Source of the DNA: Oscillospiraceae bacterium
GTDB taxonomy: Bacteria; Bacillota; Clostridia; Oscillospirales; Oscillospiraceae
Length of the DNA: 64,000 nt
Assembly: GCA_902802045.1 (NCBI GenBank)
Contig: CADCKQ010000001.1
Coordinates: 310,759 to 374,758, forward strand
Reading direction: 5' to 3'
Shown here: piece by piece, positions 37,344-48,000 of the stretch
Layout: each line of letters opens with the position of its first letter
Position numbering within the stretch: the first letter of the stretch is position 1
Position numbers and translations under genes: made by a program
The notes under the pieces: generated by a model
What the model was told of the DNA's origin: nothing
What the model saw: the letters and a program-made list of their open reading frames with translations, nothing else
Databases searched by the model: none

Positions 37344-37375
37344 AAGAAACGCTTCCGGATGAGAAAGCGTTTCTT
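37344..37375 (-). terminator. Intrinsic terminator of the mgl operon
   Basis: AAGAAACGCTT / AAGCGTTTCTT stem, followed on the minus strand by TTTATTTAAA. Confidence 0.6.
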
Positions 37376-37401
37376 ATGGTTTATTGTTCCTGCAATTTCT
37401 T

Positions 37402-38487
37402 TTACTTCTTTACAAGATACTTTCTCATATCCAGTGAGCATGCAGCCAGGATTATGGCACCTTTGATGATATACTGGAGGTTCGGGTTAATTCCGAGCAT
37501 GTTCAATGCGACGAAGATGATCCTCAGAACAAAAACGCCGAGGACTATTCCTCCGATATTACCGGTGCCTCCGACGAAGGATACGCCGCCGATAACACAG
37601 GCTGCAATAGCGTCACATTCGTTGTTGAGTCCCGTTGCCGCTGTAACCGAACCGAGACGCGCCGCTTCAACAAAACCCGCAAAGCCGTACATCGCACCCG
37701 CAAGAGTGTGTACGAGCATCGTCGTCATAAACACATTGACGCCCGAGACCTTTGCCGCTTCCATATTGGAACCGACTGCAAACATGTTCTTGCCGAAGCG
37801 CGTCTTGTTCCAGATGAACCACATCACGATAACCAGTATTACCGCAAAAAGCACATACCAGGGAATGGAGACGTTCCACGCCGCGATCTTAAATGCAGGG
37901 CCGGCTATCGCGTTTTTAAACTCGGAAGCTATGTTGCTGATTGGGCCGCCGCCGTTTCCGTTTATCTGGAAGAACATAAGGATGATGCCGTATGTGATAA
38001 GCTGGGTCGCAAGAGTGACTATGAAGGGATGAAGGCTGAATTTGGCGACAAAGAAGCCGTTTACAAGTCCTATTACCGCTCCTGCCACCATAACCATCAG
38101 CATCACAGCGATGATCCATCCTCCGGTCGTTGACGGAAGGTGTTCAAATATCAGTTTGGTTGCCGCTCTGTTCTGCAGAAAAGCAGCAGACATACCGGCT
38201 GCCAAACCAAATACGCGTCCGGCTGAAAGGTCTGTACCGGTGAGAACGATACAACCGCCGATTCCAAGCGCCATAGGCAGAGAAACCGCAGCGAGCATCA
38301 GCATATTTGCAATAGAACTGGGGCTGAGGAAGTTCTTGTTTCTGATGGCAGTGTATATAATGAATATGACCATCAGGATATAAAGAGCGTTATTCAGGAT
38401 CCCGTCCGTAACATAACGTTTTCTGTCAAGCCTGTCCAGCGCCAGATATTCATCTCTTTTTCTTTTGAAAAATCCTTTCTTTTCCAT
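37402..38487 (-). CDS. mglC: Galactose/methyl-galactoside-type sugar ABC permease
   Basis: Polytopic BPD_transp_2-type permease. GAGGAG lies 7 nt upstream of ATG 38487. Confidence 0.8.
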   Translation of the reverse strand: MEKKGFFKRKRDEYLALDRLDRKRYVTDGILNNALYILMVIFIIYTAIRNKNFLSPSSIANMLMLAAVSLPMALGIGGCIVLTGTDLSAGRVFGLAAGMSAAFLQNRAATKLIFEHLPSTTGGWIIAVMLMVMVAGAVIGLVNGFFVAKFSLHPFIVTLATQLITYGIILMFFQINGNGGGPISNIASEFKNAIAGPAFKIAAWNVSIPWYVLFAVILVIVMWFIWNKTRFGKNMFAVGSNMEAAKVSGVNVFMTTMLVHTLAGAMYGFAGFVEAARLGSVTAATGLNNECDAIAACVIGGVSFVGGTGNIGGIVLGVFVLRIIFVALNMLGINPNLQYIIKGAIILAACSLDMRKYLVKK

Positions 38488-38498
38488 GACCGTTCTCC

Positions 38499-39995
38499 TC
38501 AAACATATTTTGCTGCCAGAGTCATGATCTCTTCCTGTGTAGTCGTCTTGGCATCGACTTCACCTGCAAGTCTGCCTCCGGACATGACAAGTATCCGGTC
38601 GCATATACCCAGAAGCTCGGGCATTTCTGAAGAAACGACCAGAACTGTCTTATCACGGTTTGCAAGATCAAGGATCAGCTGGTAAATTTCATATTTTGCA
38701 CCTACGTCTATTCCTCTTGTAGGCTCATCGAGCAGAAGGACTTCCGGATTAGTAAGCAGCCATCTGCCTATGATGACCTTCTGCTGGTTACCGCCCGAAA
38801 GACTTCTTATCTTGGTCTCCTGAGAGGGAGTTTTGGTATGCATTGCGTCTATGGACCATTTGGTATCCTCTCTCATGGATCTCTCATTCAGGAAACCGAA
38901 TCTGAGATGTTTCTTAAGGCTTGAAATTACTGTATTCTCACGGATATTTTCAATCGCGAAGATACCCGTCGCGCGTCTTTCTTCAGTCAGAAGAGCGAAA
39001 CCGTTTTTAATGGATTCGCGCGGATTTCTGTTTTTGCATTCTTTGCCGTTGAGCTTAATGGTTCCTGTCTTACGGGTTGCGTTTCCGAAAATGTTTTCAA
39101 GCGTCTCGGTCCTTCCGCTTCCGTCAAGCCCTGCAAGCCCGAGTATTTCTCCTTTATGTGCCTTGAAGCTCACATCTTTAAGGAGACTGTACTGTGCGGT
39201 GAGGTTTTCCACCTCGAGAGAAACATCCCCGATCTTGTTTGTTTTTGGCGGGAACTGATTTGTCAGTTCTCTGCCGACCATCAGCTTGATAATGTCGTTT
39301 ACTTCAAGCTCAGCCGCGGGTTTTGTAGCTACATGGGTCCCGTCCCTCATGACGGTAATGGTATCGGAGATTCTTTTTATTTCGCCCATTTTATGTGAAA
39401 TATAAATAATTCCGACTCCCCTGTCTCTGAGCATATTGATAATTTTGAAAAGGTGCTCGACCTCCTCCTCTGTCAGGGAAGATGTCGGCTCATCAAAAAC
39501 TATAACTTTCGAATTATATGAAACTGCCTTGGCTATTTCGACCATCTGCCTCTGTGAGACCGGCATTGTGCTCATTACCCTCTTGGGGTCAACGCTGATG
39601 CCGAGCTCTTCGAATACTGCGACGGTGTCCTTATACATTTTTTTCTCGTCGACCATTATGCCGCCGACCATGGGATAGCGGCCAAGCCAGAGGTTATCCA
39701 TAACATTGCGTTTGAGAGCCTGGTTCAGTTCCTGATGCACCATGGCGACCCCGTTCTGGAGTGCTTCCTTGCTGCTCTTGAAATCGACTTCTCTGCCCTC
39801 AAGATATATATGTCCTTCGTCTTTTTCGTAAATCCCGAATAGACACTTCATCAATGTCGACTTGCCGGCACCGTTCTCTCCCATAAGGGCATGCACTTTG
39901 CCGGCCTCTACATCCAGAGATACGTGATCCAGGGCCTTAACGCCCGGAAATGTCTTTGTGATATCCGTCATTCTCAGGAGGATATCTTCTGCCAT
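38499..39995 (-). CDS. mglA: Sugar ABC transporter ATP-binding protein (two fused ABC cassettes)
   Basis: [17 protein letters not shown] and the second cassette. AAGGAGG precedes ATG 39995. Confidence 0.85.
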   Translation of the reverse strand: MAEDILLRMTDITKTFPGVKALDHVSLDVEAGKVHALMGENGAGKSTLMKCLFGIYEKDEGHIYLEGREVDFKSSKEALQNGVAMVHQELNQALKRNVMDNLWLGRYPMVGGIMVDEKKMYKDTVAVFEELGISVDPKRVMSTMPVSQRQMVEIAKAVSYNSKVIVFDEPTSSLTEEEVEHLFKIINMLRDRGVGIIYISHKMGEIKRISDTITVMRDGTHVATKPAAELEVNDIIKLMVGRELTNQFPPKTNKIGDVSLEVENLTAQYSLLKDVSFKAHKGEILGLAGLDGSGRTETLENIFGNATRKTGTIKLNGKECKNRNPRESIKNGFALLTEERRATGIFAIENIRENTVISSLKKHLRFGFLNERSMREDTKWSIDAMHTKTPSQETKIRSLSGGNQQKVIIGRWLLTNPEVLLLDEPTRGIDVGAKYEIYQLILDLANRDKTVLVVSSEMPELLGICDRILVMSGGRLAGEVDAKTTTQEEIMTLAAKYV

Positions 39996-40072
39996 AACTG
40001 TTCCTCCTTGTCCTGTTTCAGGTTTTAAGAGACGGGGCAGCCGCAAGGGCTGCCCCTGAAATTAAGGTCGAA

Positions 40073-41239
40073 TTATTCGCCGGTGTAAGGTGCGTATGCG
40101 ACGAAAACTTTGTTTGTAAAGCCTTCAGCCATGGAGTAGATATCAGCAGAATCTGCAACTGCTGCAGCTGCTGCAGCTGCGGTCTGGCCTCCGGCAATAC
40201 CCTGAACTGCTGCGCAAATAGCAGCTGCCATGCCTTCCGCATCCTGTTTAACTGTTCCGGTCATTCCGCCTGCTGCGATGGAGTCTTTTGCTGCCTGAGT
40301 GGCGTCAACACCAAATACGGGGATCTGAGTCGAATCGCCGCCAAGGTTATAGCCTGCATTCTGAAGTGCTGCAACTGCACCGAGAGCCATATCGTCATTG
40401 TTGGCGATAACGAGCTCGATCATGTTGCCGTTTGCCTCGGAGTACTCTGCGAGGTTCGTTGTCATGAATTCATTGCCGGCTGCAGAGGACCATGCGCCGT
40501 TCGGGTCAAGCTGGTACTTGTCGGAATTATTTGCGTTGAAGTAAACGATCTCGGGCTTTCCTGCTTCTGCAAGAACTGCGTTAGCATCCTCAACACCAAA
40601 CTGTGTACGGTAGATGGACTCCGGGTTTGCAAGGTCACCCATCAGCATTGCATAAGAGATCTGGCCGTCTCCGTTGAGGTCGACTGCATCATAGTTTGCT
40701 ACAAGGTACTCACCGATCATCTGGCCTTCCATGTGGCCTGCTTCAGGTGCATCTGTTCCGATGAAGCAGATGTTGTCGTTTCCGCCGAGAACTGCGCCAT
40801 CTTCTCCGTCGCCTTCAACCGCACGGTTGAAGAACACAACGGGAAGATCGCCTGCAGCCGCGAGAATCTGCTGTGCCGCGTCAGCGGATGCAGATGTTAC
40901 GAGGTTGACAACAAGAACATTGAAGCCGTTGGTAACAGCGGTCTGTACCTGTTCAAGCTGAGTGCCCTGGTTGTTGTTGCCGTCAAAATCCTGATACTCT
41001 ATTCCTGCTGCATCAAGCTGTGCATCGAGCGCAGCTCTGACTGTGGAAAGATATGCATCACTGAATACGTACCAGAAAACTGCGACTTTCGGAGCGGCGG
41101 CTGCTTCTGCCGCGGGAGCTGCTTCCTCTGCCGCGGGAGCTGCTTCCTGCGCTGCAGGTGCCGGTGCCGCTGCCTGGCCGCACGCTGCCAGAGCGAAGAC
41201 CATGCAGAGTGCGAGGAGAAGTGCTAAGAATTTTTTCAT
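40073..41239 (-). CDS. mglB: Galactose/glucose-binding lipoprotein (MglB-like) with Ala/Pro/Glu-rich tether
   Basis: Lipobox LAACG, AAPAPAAQEAAPAAEEAAPAAEAAAAP linker, then an MglB-like fold (VVFFNR, DLNGDGQISY). Confidence 0.8.
   Translation of the reverse strand: MKKFLALLLALCMVFALAACGQAAAPAPAAQEAAPAAEEAAPAAEAAAAPKVAVFWYVFSDAYLSTVRAALDAQLDAAGIEYQDFDGNNNQGTQLEQVQTAVTNGFNVLVVNLVTSASADAAQQILAAAGDLPVVFFNRAVEGDGEDGAVLGGNDNICFIGTDAPEAGHMEGQMIGEYLVANYDAVDLNGDGQISYAMLMGDLANPESIYRTQFGVEDANAVLAEAGKPEIVYFNANNSDKYQLDPNGAWSSAAGNEFMTTNLAEYSEANGNMIELVIANNDDMALGAVAALQNAGYNLGGDSTQIPVFGVDATQAAKDSIAAGGMTGTVKQDAEGMAAAICAAVQGIAGGQTAAAAAAAVADSADIYSMAEGFTNKVFVAYAPYTGE
41094..41148. repeat. About 2.6 copies of a 21-bp tandem repeat inside the mglB linker
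   Basis: ctgccgcgggagctgcttcct at 41107-41127 and 41128-41148, with a partial copy upstream. It encodes the EAAPAAE repeats. Confidence 0.6.
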
Positions 41240-41450
41240 TATTTTTCCTCCTAATATAATCTGTTATCGGATGCACTTCATCCGTAAACTTATTGAATTT
41301 TAACGCTTTTACACGCTAAAGTCAATTCCGCTATTTTTTTTTAGCATTTTGCACAAATTTCACTGCCGTTTTTGTGCACATTTGCTAAGGCTGAATTTGT
41401 CTTGCGCAAAACAGAAGAACCGGTTAATATATATCTGTAAAGGAGGGCTT

Positions 41451-41882
41451 ATGAAACTCACAGACCTTGTTATTGCGGCTATACCATATCTATCTGAATT
41501 CAACTATGACTGCTATCCGGATAATTACAGAAAATATTCAGAGGAAATTGTTCCAGTGCTTTCAAATGCTCTGCTTCCGGGAGTAAATACAGCGGTTCAG
41601 GATCTGATAGACGGCTTTGATCTTTATTGCTCTTCACTTTCAAAAAAAGAAATAAAAGATATGCCTTTTAAATTCAAACAAGTCCTTGCCCTTTTCCTCT
41701 CTCCGTTCTGTCTTAAGAAAGGCGGAGAATTTGAGTTTTTTGCAAGAGAGCTTAACGAAGCATGGAATAAAAAGTTCCCGAAAAATGTCTATTATCTGAC
41801 TGATTTCGATTCTATTCTAAAAGGCTTTGACGCAAATCTTTTGGGATTGCCTTTAAGAAAATCCAACAAATATGCCAAATAA
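41451..41882 (+). CDS. Hypothetical protein, 143 aa, no recognisable motif
   Basis: ATG 41451 is preceded by AAAGGAGGG. AT-richer than its neighbours. A strong terminator lies downstream. Confidence 0.5.
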   Translation: MKLTDLVIAAIPYLSEFNYDCYPDNYRKYSEEIVPVLSNALLPGVNTAVQDLIDGFDLYCSSLSKKEIKDMPFKFKQVLALFLSPFCLKKGGEFEFFARELNEAWNKKFPKNVYYLTDFDSILKGFDANLLGLPLRKSNKYAK

Positions 41883-41944
41883 GCAGTTGTTTCATTTCTG
41901 ATATCAGAAGCAGCCCGGCACCGCGCGCTTGTCTTTACCCGTAC

Positions 41945-41990
41945 AAGAAGCATCAGGCACCCCTTTTGAGGGTGCCTGATGCTTCTTTCA
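41945..41990. terminator. Bidirectional terminator with 18-bp stem
   Basis: AAGAAGCATCAGGCACCC (41945-41962) pairs with GGGTGCCTGATGCTTCTT (41970-41987). Confidence 0.75.
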
Positions 41991-42009
41991 ATGATCTAAT
42001 CTGCTGTTA

Positions 42010-43320
42010 TTATCCGAAAAGTATCTGATTTACTATGCTCTCGAGCTGTTCCTGTTTTCCGCTGCCCGGAAGTTCGGGGGCTCCGAGGGAGTCCGCATAT
42101 TCCGCCAGTTCCTTCAAATCGGTTTCTCCGCTGCGGATCTTTGCGCCGATGCCGCTCTCATAGCTTGAATAGCGTTCTTTGACGAAGGCGTCAAGCCTTC
42201 CGTCTTCGATAAGCTCGGCCGCTTTCAGAAGGCCGAGGGCAAAGGTGTCCATACCGAGGATATAGCTTGTAAACATATCCTCGACCGTATAGCTCGGGCG
42301 GCGTGATTTGGAGTCGAAGTTGAATCCGCCGGTGAGCCCGTCTGACTTGAGCACCTCATACATGCACATGGTTGCATCATACACATTGAACGGGAACTCG
42401 TCGGTATCCCATCCGAGGAGCATATCGCCCTGGTTGGCGTCAATGCTGCCCAGCATTCCGTTTATTGCGGAAACCCGGAGATCGTGCTGGAATGTATGGC
42501 CTGCCAGTGTGGCGTGGTTTGCCTCGATGTTGAGCTTGAAGTCCTTATCGAGTCCGTACTGGCGGAGGAAGCCTATCGCAGTGGCTGCGTCAAAATCATA
42601 CTGGTGTTTCATCGGCTCTTTCGGTTTGGGCTCAATATAGAAATCACCGGTAAAGCCTATGCTGCGCCCGTAATCGATGGCCATATGCATGAGCTTCGCG
42701 ATATTCTCCTGCTCGAATTTCATGTCGGTATTGAGCAGCGTCTCATAGCCCTCACGACCGCCCCAGAAGACATAGCCGCGCCCGCCGAGTTTGACGGTCA
42801 GATCCAAGGCCTTCTTAGCCTGTGCTGCCGCAAAAGCGAATACATCGGCAGAATTGGAGGAGCCTGCGCCGTTCATAAAGCGCGGATTTGAGAACATATT
42901 GGCCGTGCCCCAAAGGCACTTGATATCGGTGCCCTTCATCTTTTCAAGGATGTAATCGCTGATCTCGTCCAGACGGCGGTTGGTCTCCTTTATATCATCC
43001 GCCTCCGGAACAAGATCCACATCATGGAAGCAGAAATAGCGGATCCCCAGCTTCTGCATGAATTCAAAGCCGGCATCGACTTTCGCTTTGGCATGCTCCA
43101 TTGTGCCTTTTACCGCACCGAAGGATTTGTCGGCGGTATCGCGCCCGAACATATCGGTTCCAGCCGCGCCAAGGTTGTGCCACCAGGCCATTGCAAAGGG
43201 CAGATGCTCCTTCATGGGCTTTCCCATAACGATCTTGTCCGGATCATAGAATTTAAACGCCAGCGGATTTGTGCTCTTCGGACCCTCATAAGGAATTGCG
43301 GGAATATTTTCAAATATCAT
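42010..43320 (-). CDS. xylA: Xylose isomerase (class II)
   Basis: [26 protein letters not shown]; 436 aa. Confidence 0.95.
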   Translation of the reverse strand: MIFENIPAIPYEGPKSTNPLAFKFYDPDKIVMGKPMKEHLPFAMAWWHNLGAAGTDMFGRDTADKSFGAVKGTMEHAKAKVDAGFEFMQKLGIRYFCFHDVDLVPEADDIKETNRRLDEISDYILEKMKGTDIKCLWGTANMFSNPRFMNGAGSSNSADVFAFAAAQAKKALDLTVKLGGRGYVFWGGREGYETLLNTDMKFEQENIAKLMHMAIDYGRSIGFTGDFYIEPKPKEPMKHQYDFDAATAIGFLRQYGLDKDFKLNIEANHATLAGHTFQHDLRVSAINGMLGSIDANQGDMLLGWDTDEFPFNVYDATMCMYEVLKSDGLTGGFNFDSKSRRPSYTVEDMFTSYILGMDTFALGLLKAAELIEDGRLDAFVKERYSSYESGIGAKIRSGETDLKELAEYADSLGAPELPGSGKQEQLESIVNQILFG

Positions 43321-44813
43321 AATGCTTCCTCCTTGATTTCTTTAAACAGTGTTTTCATGGCAGGGTATATTTTTTTGAATTTCAGGTATTGGGTTTCATA
43401 GCGCGCGGCTGCTGCAGGATCCGGCTCTATGGTCTCGCTGACGGAAGTCAGGACTCCGGCACACTCTTCAACGCTTTTGTACTCGCCGCATCCGACCATC
43501 GCCAGCATGGCAGCGCCATAACCGCCTTCCTCTGTCTGCGGGATCTCCAGACGGATATTCAGAATATCGGCAAGGATCTTCCTCCACAGAGGAGATTTCG
43601 CGCCGCCGCCGCACAGTCTGGAGGAAACGATCGGAATTCCAAGACTCTTCGCGATCTCAAAGGAATCGCGGATAGCGAAAGCAACGCCCTCCAATACAGC
43701 CTGTACCATATCGGAACGCCCGGTATCCATCGACATTCCCACAAATGTCCCGCGGGCATCAATGTCGTTGATCGGGCTGCGCTCACCCATCAGATACGGA
43801 AGGAAAAATACGCGGTTGCGACCCAGATCTTCTTCCTTTACAGCTGCCTGTTCTGCGGCATAATCGCCTGTGTGAAGGATATCTTTGCATATCCATTTAT
43901 TGCAGCTGGCAGCCGAAAGCATGCAGCCCATCAGATGCCATCCTCCATCTGCGTGGGCAAAGGCATGCAGGGCATTGTTCGGGTCGACGCCGAATTTCTT
44001 CGACGAGATGAAGATAGTGCCTGACGTACCTAGAGAAATATTGCAGCCGCCTTCTCCTACCACTCCGGTCCCAACAGCTGCAGCCGCGTTATCTCCGGCT
44101 CCTGCCACGACCCTGCAGTCACGCGGAAGTCCCAGCGATCCGGACACAAAACCCCGGAGCGTGCCTGTGACCTCGTAGCTTTCAAAGAGCTTCGGCATCT
44201 GCTCTTCTGAAATACCGCAAATCTCCAGCATTTCCTTTGACCAGCATCTGTGTGCCACATCAAGAAGCAGCATGCCGCTGGCATCGGAATAATCACATGA
44301 GTGAACTCCGGTAAGCCGATAGTTTAAATAATCCTTTGGCAGCATGATCTTTTTGATCCGGGCAAAATTCTCCGGCTCATGCCTTTTCATCCAAAGCAAT
44401 TTAGGCGCCGTAAATCCCGCAAACGCGATATTTGCGGTGAGCTCGGAGAGCTTCTCTTTTCCTATCACGGTATTGAGCCACTCCGTCTCCTCTGCCGTAC
44501 GTCCGTCATTCCAAAGGATGGCCGGCCGGATCACGCAATCGTCTTCATCGAGCGCCACCAGACCGTGCATCTGCCCTCCGCAGCCTATTCCCCGGACCTG
44601 ATCCTTGTTGAAATTCTCGGTCAGCTCCAGAATTCCATGCTGAACGGCTTTCCACCAGTCTCTGGGATCCTGTTCCGACCACCCGGGTTTCGGAAATGAA
44701 AGGGGGTATTCTTTGGTAACACTGTTTAATATCTCTCCGCTCTCGTTTGTCAGCAGCAGCTTCACCGCTGAAGTGCCGAGGTCGATTCCAATATATAGGC
44801 TGATAGCGCCCAC
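43317..44813 (-). CDS. xylB: Xylulokinase (FGGY family)
   Basis: [11 protein letters not shown]...GWSEQDP. Four-nt overlap with xylA. Confidence 0.9.
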   Translation of the reverse strand: MGAISLYIGIDLGTSAVKLLLTNESGEILNSVTKEYPLSFPKPGWSEQDPRDWWKAVQHGILELTENFNKDQVRGIGCGGQMHGLVALDEDDCVIRPAILWNDGRTAEETEWLNTVIGKEKLSELTANIAFAGFTAPKLLWMKRHEPENFARIKKIMLPKDYLNYRLTGVHSCDYSDASGMLLLDVAHRCWSKEMLEICGISEEQMPKLFESYEVTGTLRGFVSGSLGLPRDCRVVAGAGDNAAAAVGTGVVGEGGCNISLGTSGTIFISSKKFGVDPNNALHAFAHADGGWHLMGCMLSAASCNKWICKDILHTGDYAAEQAAVKEEDLGRNRVFFLPYLMGERSPINDIDARGTFVGMSMDTGRSDMVQAVLEGVAFAIRDSFEIAKSLGIPIVSSRLCGGGAKSPLWRKILADILNIRLEIPQTEEGGYGAAMLAMVGCGEYKSVEECAGVLTSVSETIEPDPAAAARYETQYLKFKKIYPAMKTLFKEIKEEAL

Positions 44814-44831
44814 CTCCCGATTTATTTGTAT

Positions 44832-45131
44832 TTATTCTGTCTGTTCATCTTTTCCGCTGCTCAGATTCTCATTTGTTTCAGGCTTTTCCTGCCCGGTTGA
44901 GAATCGGCGCCAGCGGCGCAAAGTATATACAGCAAAAAGCAAGCCTGCAACGATGAACAGAAGCGAGAAAAACCACTTGAGACGAAGAGGCATTGCTGTC
45001 CCTCCGTCCATAGTGCCGCGCAACAGAGAGAAACCGAGATAGACGAGATAGCCTGCTACAACCGCCCGTACAACAGTAAAGCTGCTTTCCCGGGCACGAA
45101 TTGATTCTGACTGTTTTTTTCTGTCGTCCAT
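44832..45131 (-). CDS. Small two-TM membrane protein of unknown function
   Basis: 99 aa with two hydrophobic helices (VVRAVVAGYLVYLGFSLL, WFFSLLFIVAGLLFAVY). Sits between xylH and xylB. Confidence 0.45.
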   Translation of the reverse strand: MDDRKKQSESIRARESSFTVVRAVVAGYLVYLGFSLLRGTMDGGTAMPLRLKWFFSLLFIVAGLLFAVYTLRRWRRFSTGQEKPETNENLSSGKDEQTE

Positions 45132-45172
45132 TATCGGTTTTCTCTCTCTTCTGACGGTGCGCGGATCTTCGC

Positions 45173-46345
45173 TCAGCTGTTCTTTTTCTTGGATACCACG
45201 TCGAAGATGACTGCGGCCAGCAGGACCAGTCCTTTGACCACCTTCTGGTAGTTGGCGTCAACGCCCATTATGCTCATGCCGATATTGATGACACCCATGA
45301 GAAGAGCACCTATAATAACGCCGGGAACAGTGCCGACTCCGCCGTAAGCGGAAGCTCCTCCGATAAAGCAGGAGCCGATGGCGTCCATCTCATAGTTCTG
45401 TCCGTAAGTCGGCTGGGCGGAGGTGAGACGCGCGATCGTCAGAATGCCGGCCAGACCGGCCAGCAGGCCCATATTTGTATAGGCAAAGAAGTATATTTTT
45501 CTGGTGTCGATTCCCGAGAGCTTGGTTGCCGTTTCGTTGCCGCCCACTGCGTACAGATAACGGCCGACTGTGGTCTTGGATGTAATATACGAGTAGATCA
45601 TGATCACCGCTACCACCCATATCAGCGCCATGGGCAGGCCCTTATATTGGGCAAGCCGCAGTGTGAAGAAAATGACTACCGCCACGATGATCACTGCCTT
45701 GATGACAGTTGCGGCAAGCGATCCTGATTCAAGGTTGGCTTTCCGGCGGGTTATCTGATTGCGGGTCGTAATAACAAGATATATTATGCAGGCCAGAATA
45801 CCCACTACAAGACAGAGAATGTTGATATTCTCACCGCCGAAGAAATCGGGAACATAACAGTTGGCACCGCCGCCAAAGATCTGAACGAATTTCTCGTTGG
45901 TCACGGCCATTGTCTTCCCCTGAAGCACCACGTTGGACAGTCCTCTGAAAATCAGCATGCCGGCAAGCGTAGTAATGAAAGGAGGAACCTTGACATAGGC
46001 GATCCAGAATGCCTGCCAGGCGCCTATCAGCAGTCCGACAACGAGCATCAGCAGGACAGCCAGCCACATATTCAGGTCCCGGTCCATCATTACAGCGCCG
46101 ACAGTGCCTACAAAGCAGACCACCGAGCCTACAGACAGGTCGATATTGCCTCCGGTGAGGATGCACATCAGCATACCTGTCGCCAATACGAAAACGTAGG
46201 CGTTCTGGGAAATAATATTAGTGATGTTCTGCGGCATCAGTATCTTGCCGTTGGTTCTCCAGGCAAAAAAAGCCGTTACCAGCACCAGGGCAATGATCAT
46301 CGTATATTTCTGAACAAAATTCAGTACTTTTGTCTTTGACGTCAT
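45173..46345 (-). CDS. xylH: Xylose / multiple-monosaccharide ABC permease (XylH/GguB-like)
   Basis: BPD_transp_2 permease, 390 aa. Four-nt overlap with xylG. Confidence 0.85.
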   Translation of the reverse strand: MTSKTKVLNFVQKYTMIIALVLVTAFFAWRTNGKILMPQNITNIISQNAYVFVLATGMLMCILTGGNIDLSVGSVVCFVGTVGAVMMDRDLNMWLAVLLMLVVGLLIGAWQAFWIAYVKVPPFITTLAGMLIFRGLSNVVLQGKTMAVTNEKFVQIFGGGANCYVPDFFGGENINILCLVVGILACIIYLVITTRNQITRRKANLESGSLAATVIKAVIIVAVVIFFTLRLAQYKGLPMALIWVVAVIMIYSYITSKTTVGRYLYAVGGNETATKLSGIDTRKIYFFAYTNMGLLAGLAGILTIARLTSAQPTYGQNYEMDAIGSCFIGGASAYGGVGTVPGVIIGALLMGVINIGMSIMGVDANYQKVVKGLVLLAAVIFDVVSKKKNS

Positions 46346-47901
46346 ATCTCTTTCTCCTTTTCTGCCAAATCTACTGATAGAATGCTTGCCATTATCTTCT
46401 CCTGGCTGGCCTCTTCCCTGCCGAATTCACCGACGATGCGCCCTTCAGCGAGCACGTAGATCCTGTCGCACATTCCCAGGACTTCAGGCATTTCGGAAGA
46501 GATCATGATGACTGATTTCCCCTCTGCAACCAGGTCATTGATAATGCAGTAGATTTCATATTTTGCGCCGACGTCGATACCGCGGGTCGGCTCGTCCAGA
46601 ATCAGAATGTCCGGATCTGCATACATCCACTTTGACAGCAGAACCTTCTGCTGGTTTCCGCCGGAGAGTTTCCCTACATTCTGCCGGACTGAAGGTGTTT
46701 TCGTATTGAGCTTCTGGCGGTATTTTTCTGCGACAGAAAGCTCCTTGTCTCTATCGATAACACCGCGATTGGATACACCCTTCATATTTGCAAGAGTCGT
46801 GTTGATTGTAATGGGGTTGGTCAGGATCAGTCCGCTGCCTTTGCGGTCTTCGGTAACATACGCAAGACCTGCATCGATCGCCTGACGCGGAGAGTGCAGT
46901 GTGACCTCTTTGCCATGGATCCTGATCTTACCGCTGATGTCTCTGCCATAGCTGCGGCCAAAGATTGACATGGCAAGCTCGGTACGCCCTGCTCCCATAA
47001 GGCCTGCAAAACCGACCACCTCGCCCTTATTGACATGGAATGAGACGTGGTCGATCACCTTCTTTTCCGCATAGATCGGATGGTATACATTCCAGTCTTC
47101 CACCTCCAGCGCAGGTTCTCCGATGCTTACTCCGTAGCGTTTGGGGAAGCGGTCCTCGATCTCGCGACCGACCATTCCGCGGATTATGCGCTCCTCACTC
47201 AGATCATCGACACCTTTGACCAGTGTTTCAATTGTCTTTCCGTCGCGGATTATCGTTATATCATCCGCTACATAGGATACTTCATTGATCTTGTGTGAGA
47301 TGATTATGGAAGTCAGTCCCTGCTTCTTGAATTCAAGCAGCAGATCCAGCAAAGCCTTGGAGTCCGCCTCGTTGAGAGACGAAGTAGGTTCATCCAGGAT
47401 AAGCAGGCGTGCATTTTTGGCTAGAGCTTTGGCGATCTCAACCATTTGCTGTTTGCCTACGCCGATATCCTTGATCAGAGTTTTGGAGGAATCGGTCAGT
47501 CCGACTATCTTCAGATATTTTGTTGCCTCGGCATGGGTCTTGTCCCAGTCGATGGCAAATTTTTTCCCTCGCTCGTTGCCCAGGAACATATTCTCGCCGA
47601 TGGTCATATACGGCACCAGCGCAAGTTCCTGGTGGATGATTACGATGCCCTTTTCCTCACTGTCCTTGATCTTGAAAAACTTGCAGACCTCGCCTTCATA
47701 AACGATATCCCCGGTATAACTGCCATAGGGATACAGTCCGCTGAGCACGTTCATCAGTGTTGATTTTCCTGCGCCGTTCTCGCCGACCAGCGCATGAATG
47801 CTGCCCCGCCTGACAACGAAGTTAACATTGTCCAGGGCTTTGACACCGGGGAATTCCTTGGTAATTCCCCGCATTTCCAGAATATTGTCCGATTCTGACA
47901 A
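46342..47901 (-). CDS. xylG: Xylose / multiple-monosaccharide ABC ATP-binding protein (XylG/GguA-like)
   Basis: [27 protein letters not shown] parallels E. coli XylG (YPHGSYEGEI). TTG start lies 7 nt after AGGAGG. Confidence 0.85.
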   Translation of the reverse strand: MSESDNILEMRGITKEFPGVKALDNVNFVVRRGSIHALVGENGAGKSTLMNVLSGLYPYGSYTGDIVYEGEVCKFFKIKDSEEKGIVIIHQELALVPYMTIGENMFLGNERGKKFAIDWDKTHAEATKYLKIVGLTDSSKTLIKDIGVGKQQMVEIAKALAKNARLLILDEPTSSLNEADSKALLDLLLEFKKQGLTSIIISHKINEVSYVADDITIIRDGKTIETLVKGVDDLSEERIIRGMVGREIEDRFPKRYGVSIGEPALEVEDWNVYHPIYAEKKVIDHVSFHVNKGEVVGFAGLMGAGRTELAMSIFGRSYGRDISGKIRIHGKEVTLHSPRQAIDAGLAYVTEDRKGSGLILTNPITINTTLANMKGVSNRGVIDRDKELSVAEKYRQKLNTKTPSVRQNVGKLSGGNQQKVLLSKWMYADPDILILDEPTRGIDVGAKYEIYCIINDLVAEGKSVIMISSEMPEVLGMCDRIYVLAEGRIVGEFGREEASQEKIMASILSVDLAEKEKEI

Positions 47902-47933
47902 ATTACCGCCTCCTAACTGAATGAGTATATCGG

Positions 47934-47945
47934 TTTATCGATAAA
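47934..47945. promoter_or_regulatory. Perfect 12-bp palindrome TTTATCGATAAA at the predicted xylG transcription start; candidate operator
   Basis: Lies 4-15 nt downstream of the predicted -10 box. Confidence 0.35.
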
Positions 47946-47948
47946 ATG

Positions 47949-47977
47949 ATTCTATAAATAACCTTTTACTCTGTCAA
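47949..47977 (-). promoter_or_regulatory. Near-consensus sigma-70 promoter for xylGH-xylBA
   Basis: Minus strand reads TTGACA (47977-47972), 17 nt, TAGAAT (47954-47949), in the 99-nt AT-rich gap. Confidence 0.6.
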
Positions 47978-48000
47978 AATTTATCAAATCAATTTGTATA

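Noticed and set aside
40018-41303. Short Ala/Gln/Pro-rich ORFs (40018-40242, 41043-41303, 41058-41276) around mglB
   Set aside because: They are frame-shifted readings of the GC-rich Ala/Pro linker and of the intergenic region. They have no RBS and no plausible fold.
41240-41340. Possible CcpA cre or GalR-type operator upstream of mglB (TTTTAACGCTTTTACA region)
   Set aside because: Spacing around the central CG does not fit the WTGNAANCGNWNNCW consensus when aligned by hand.
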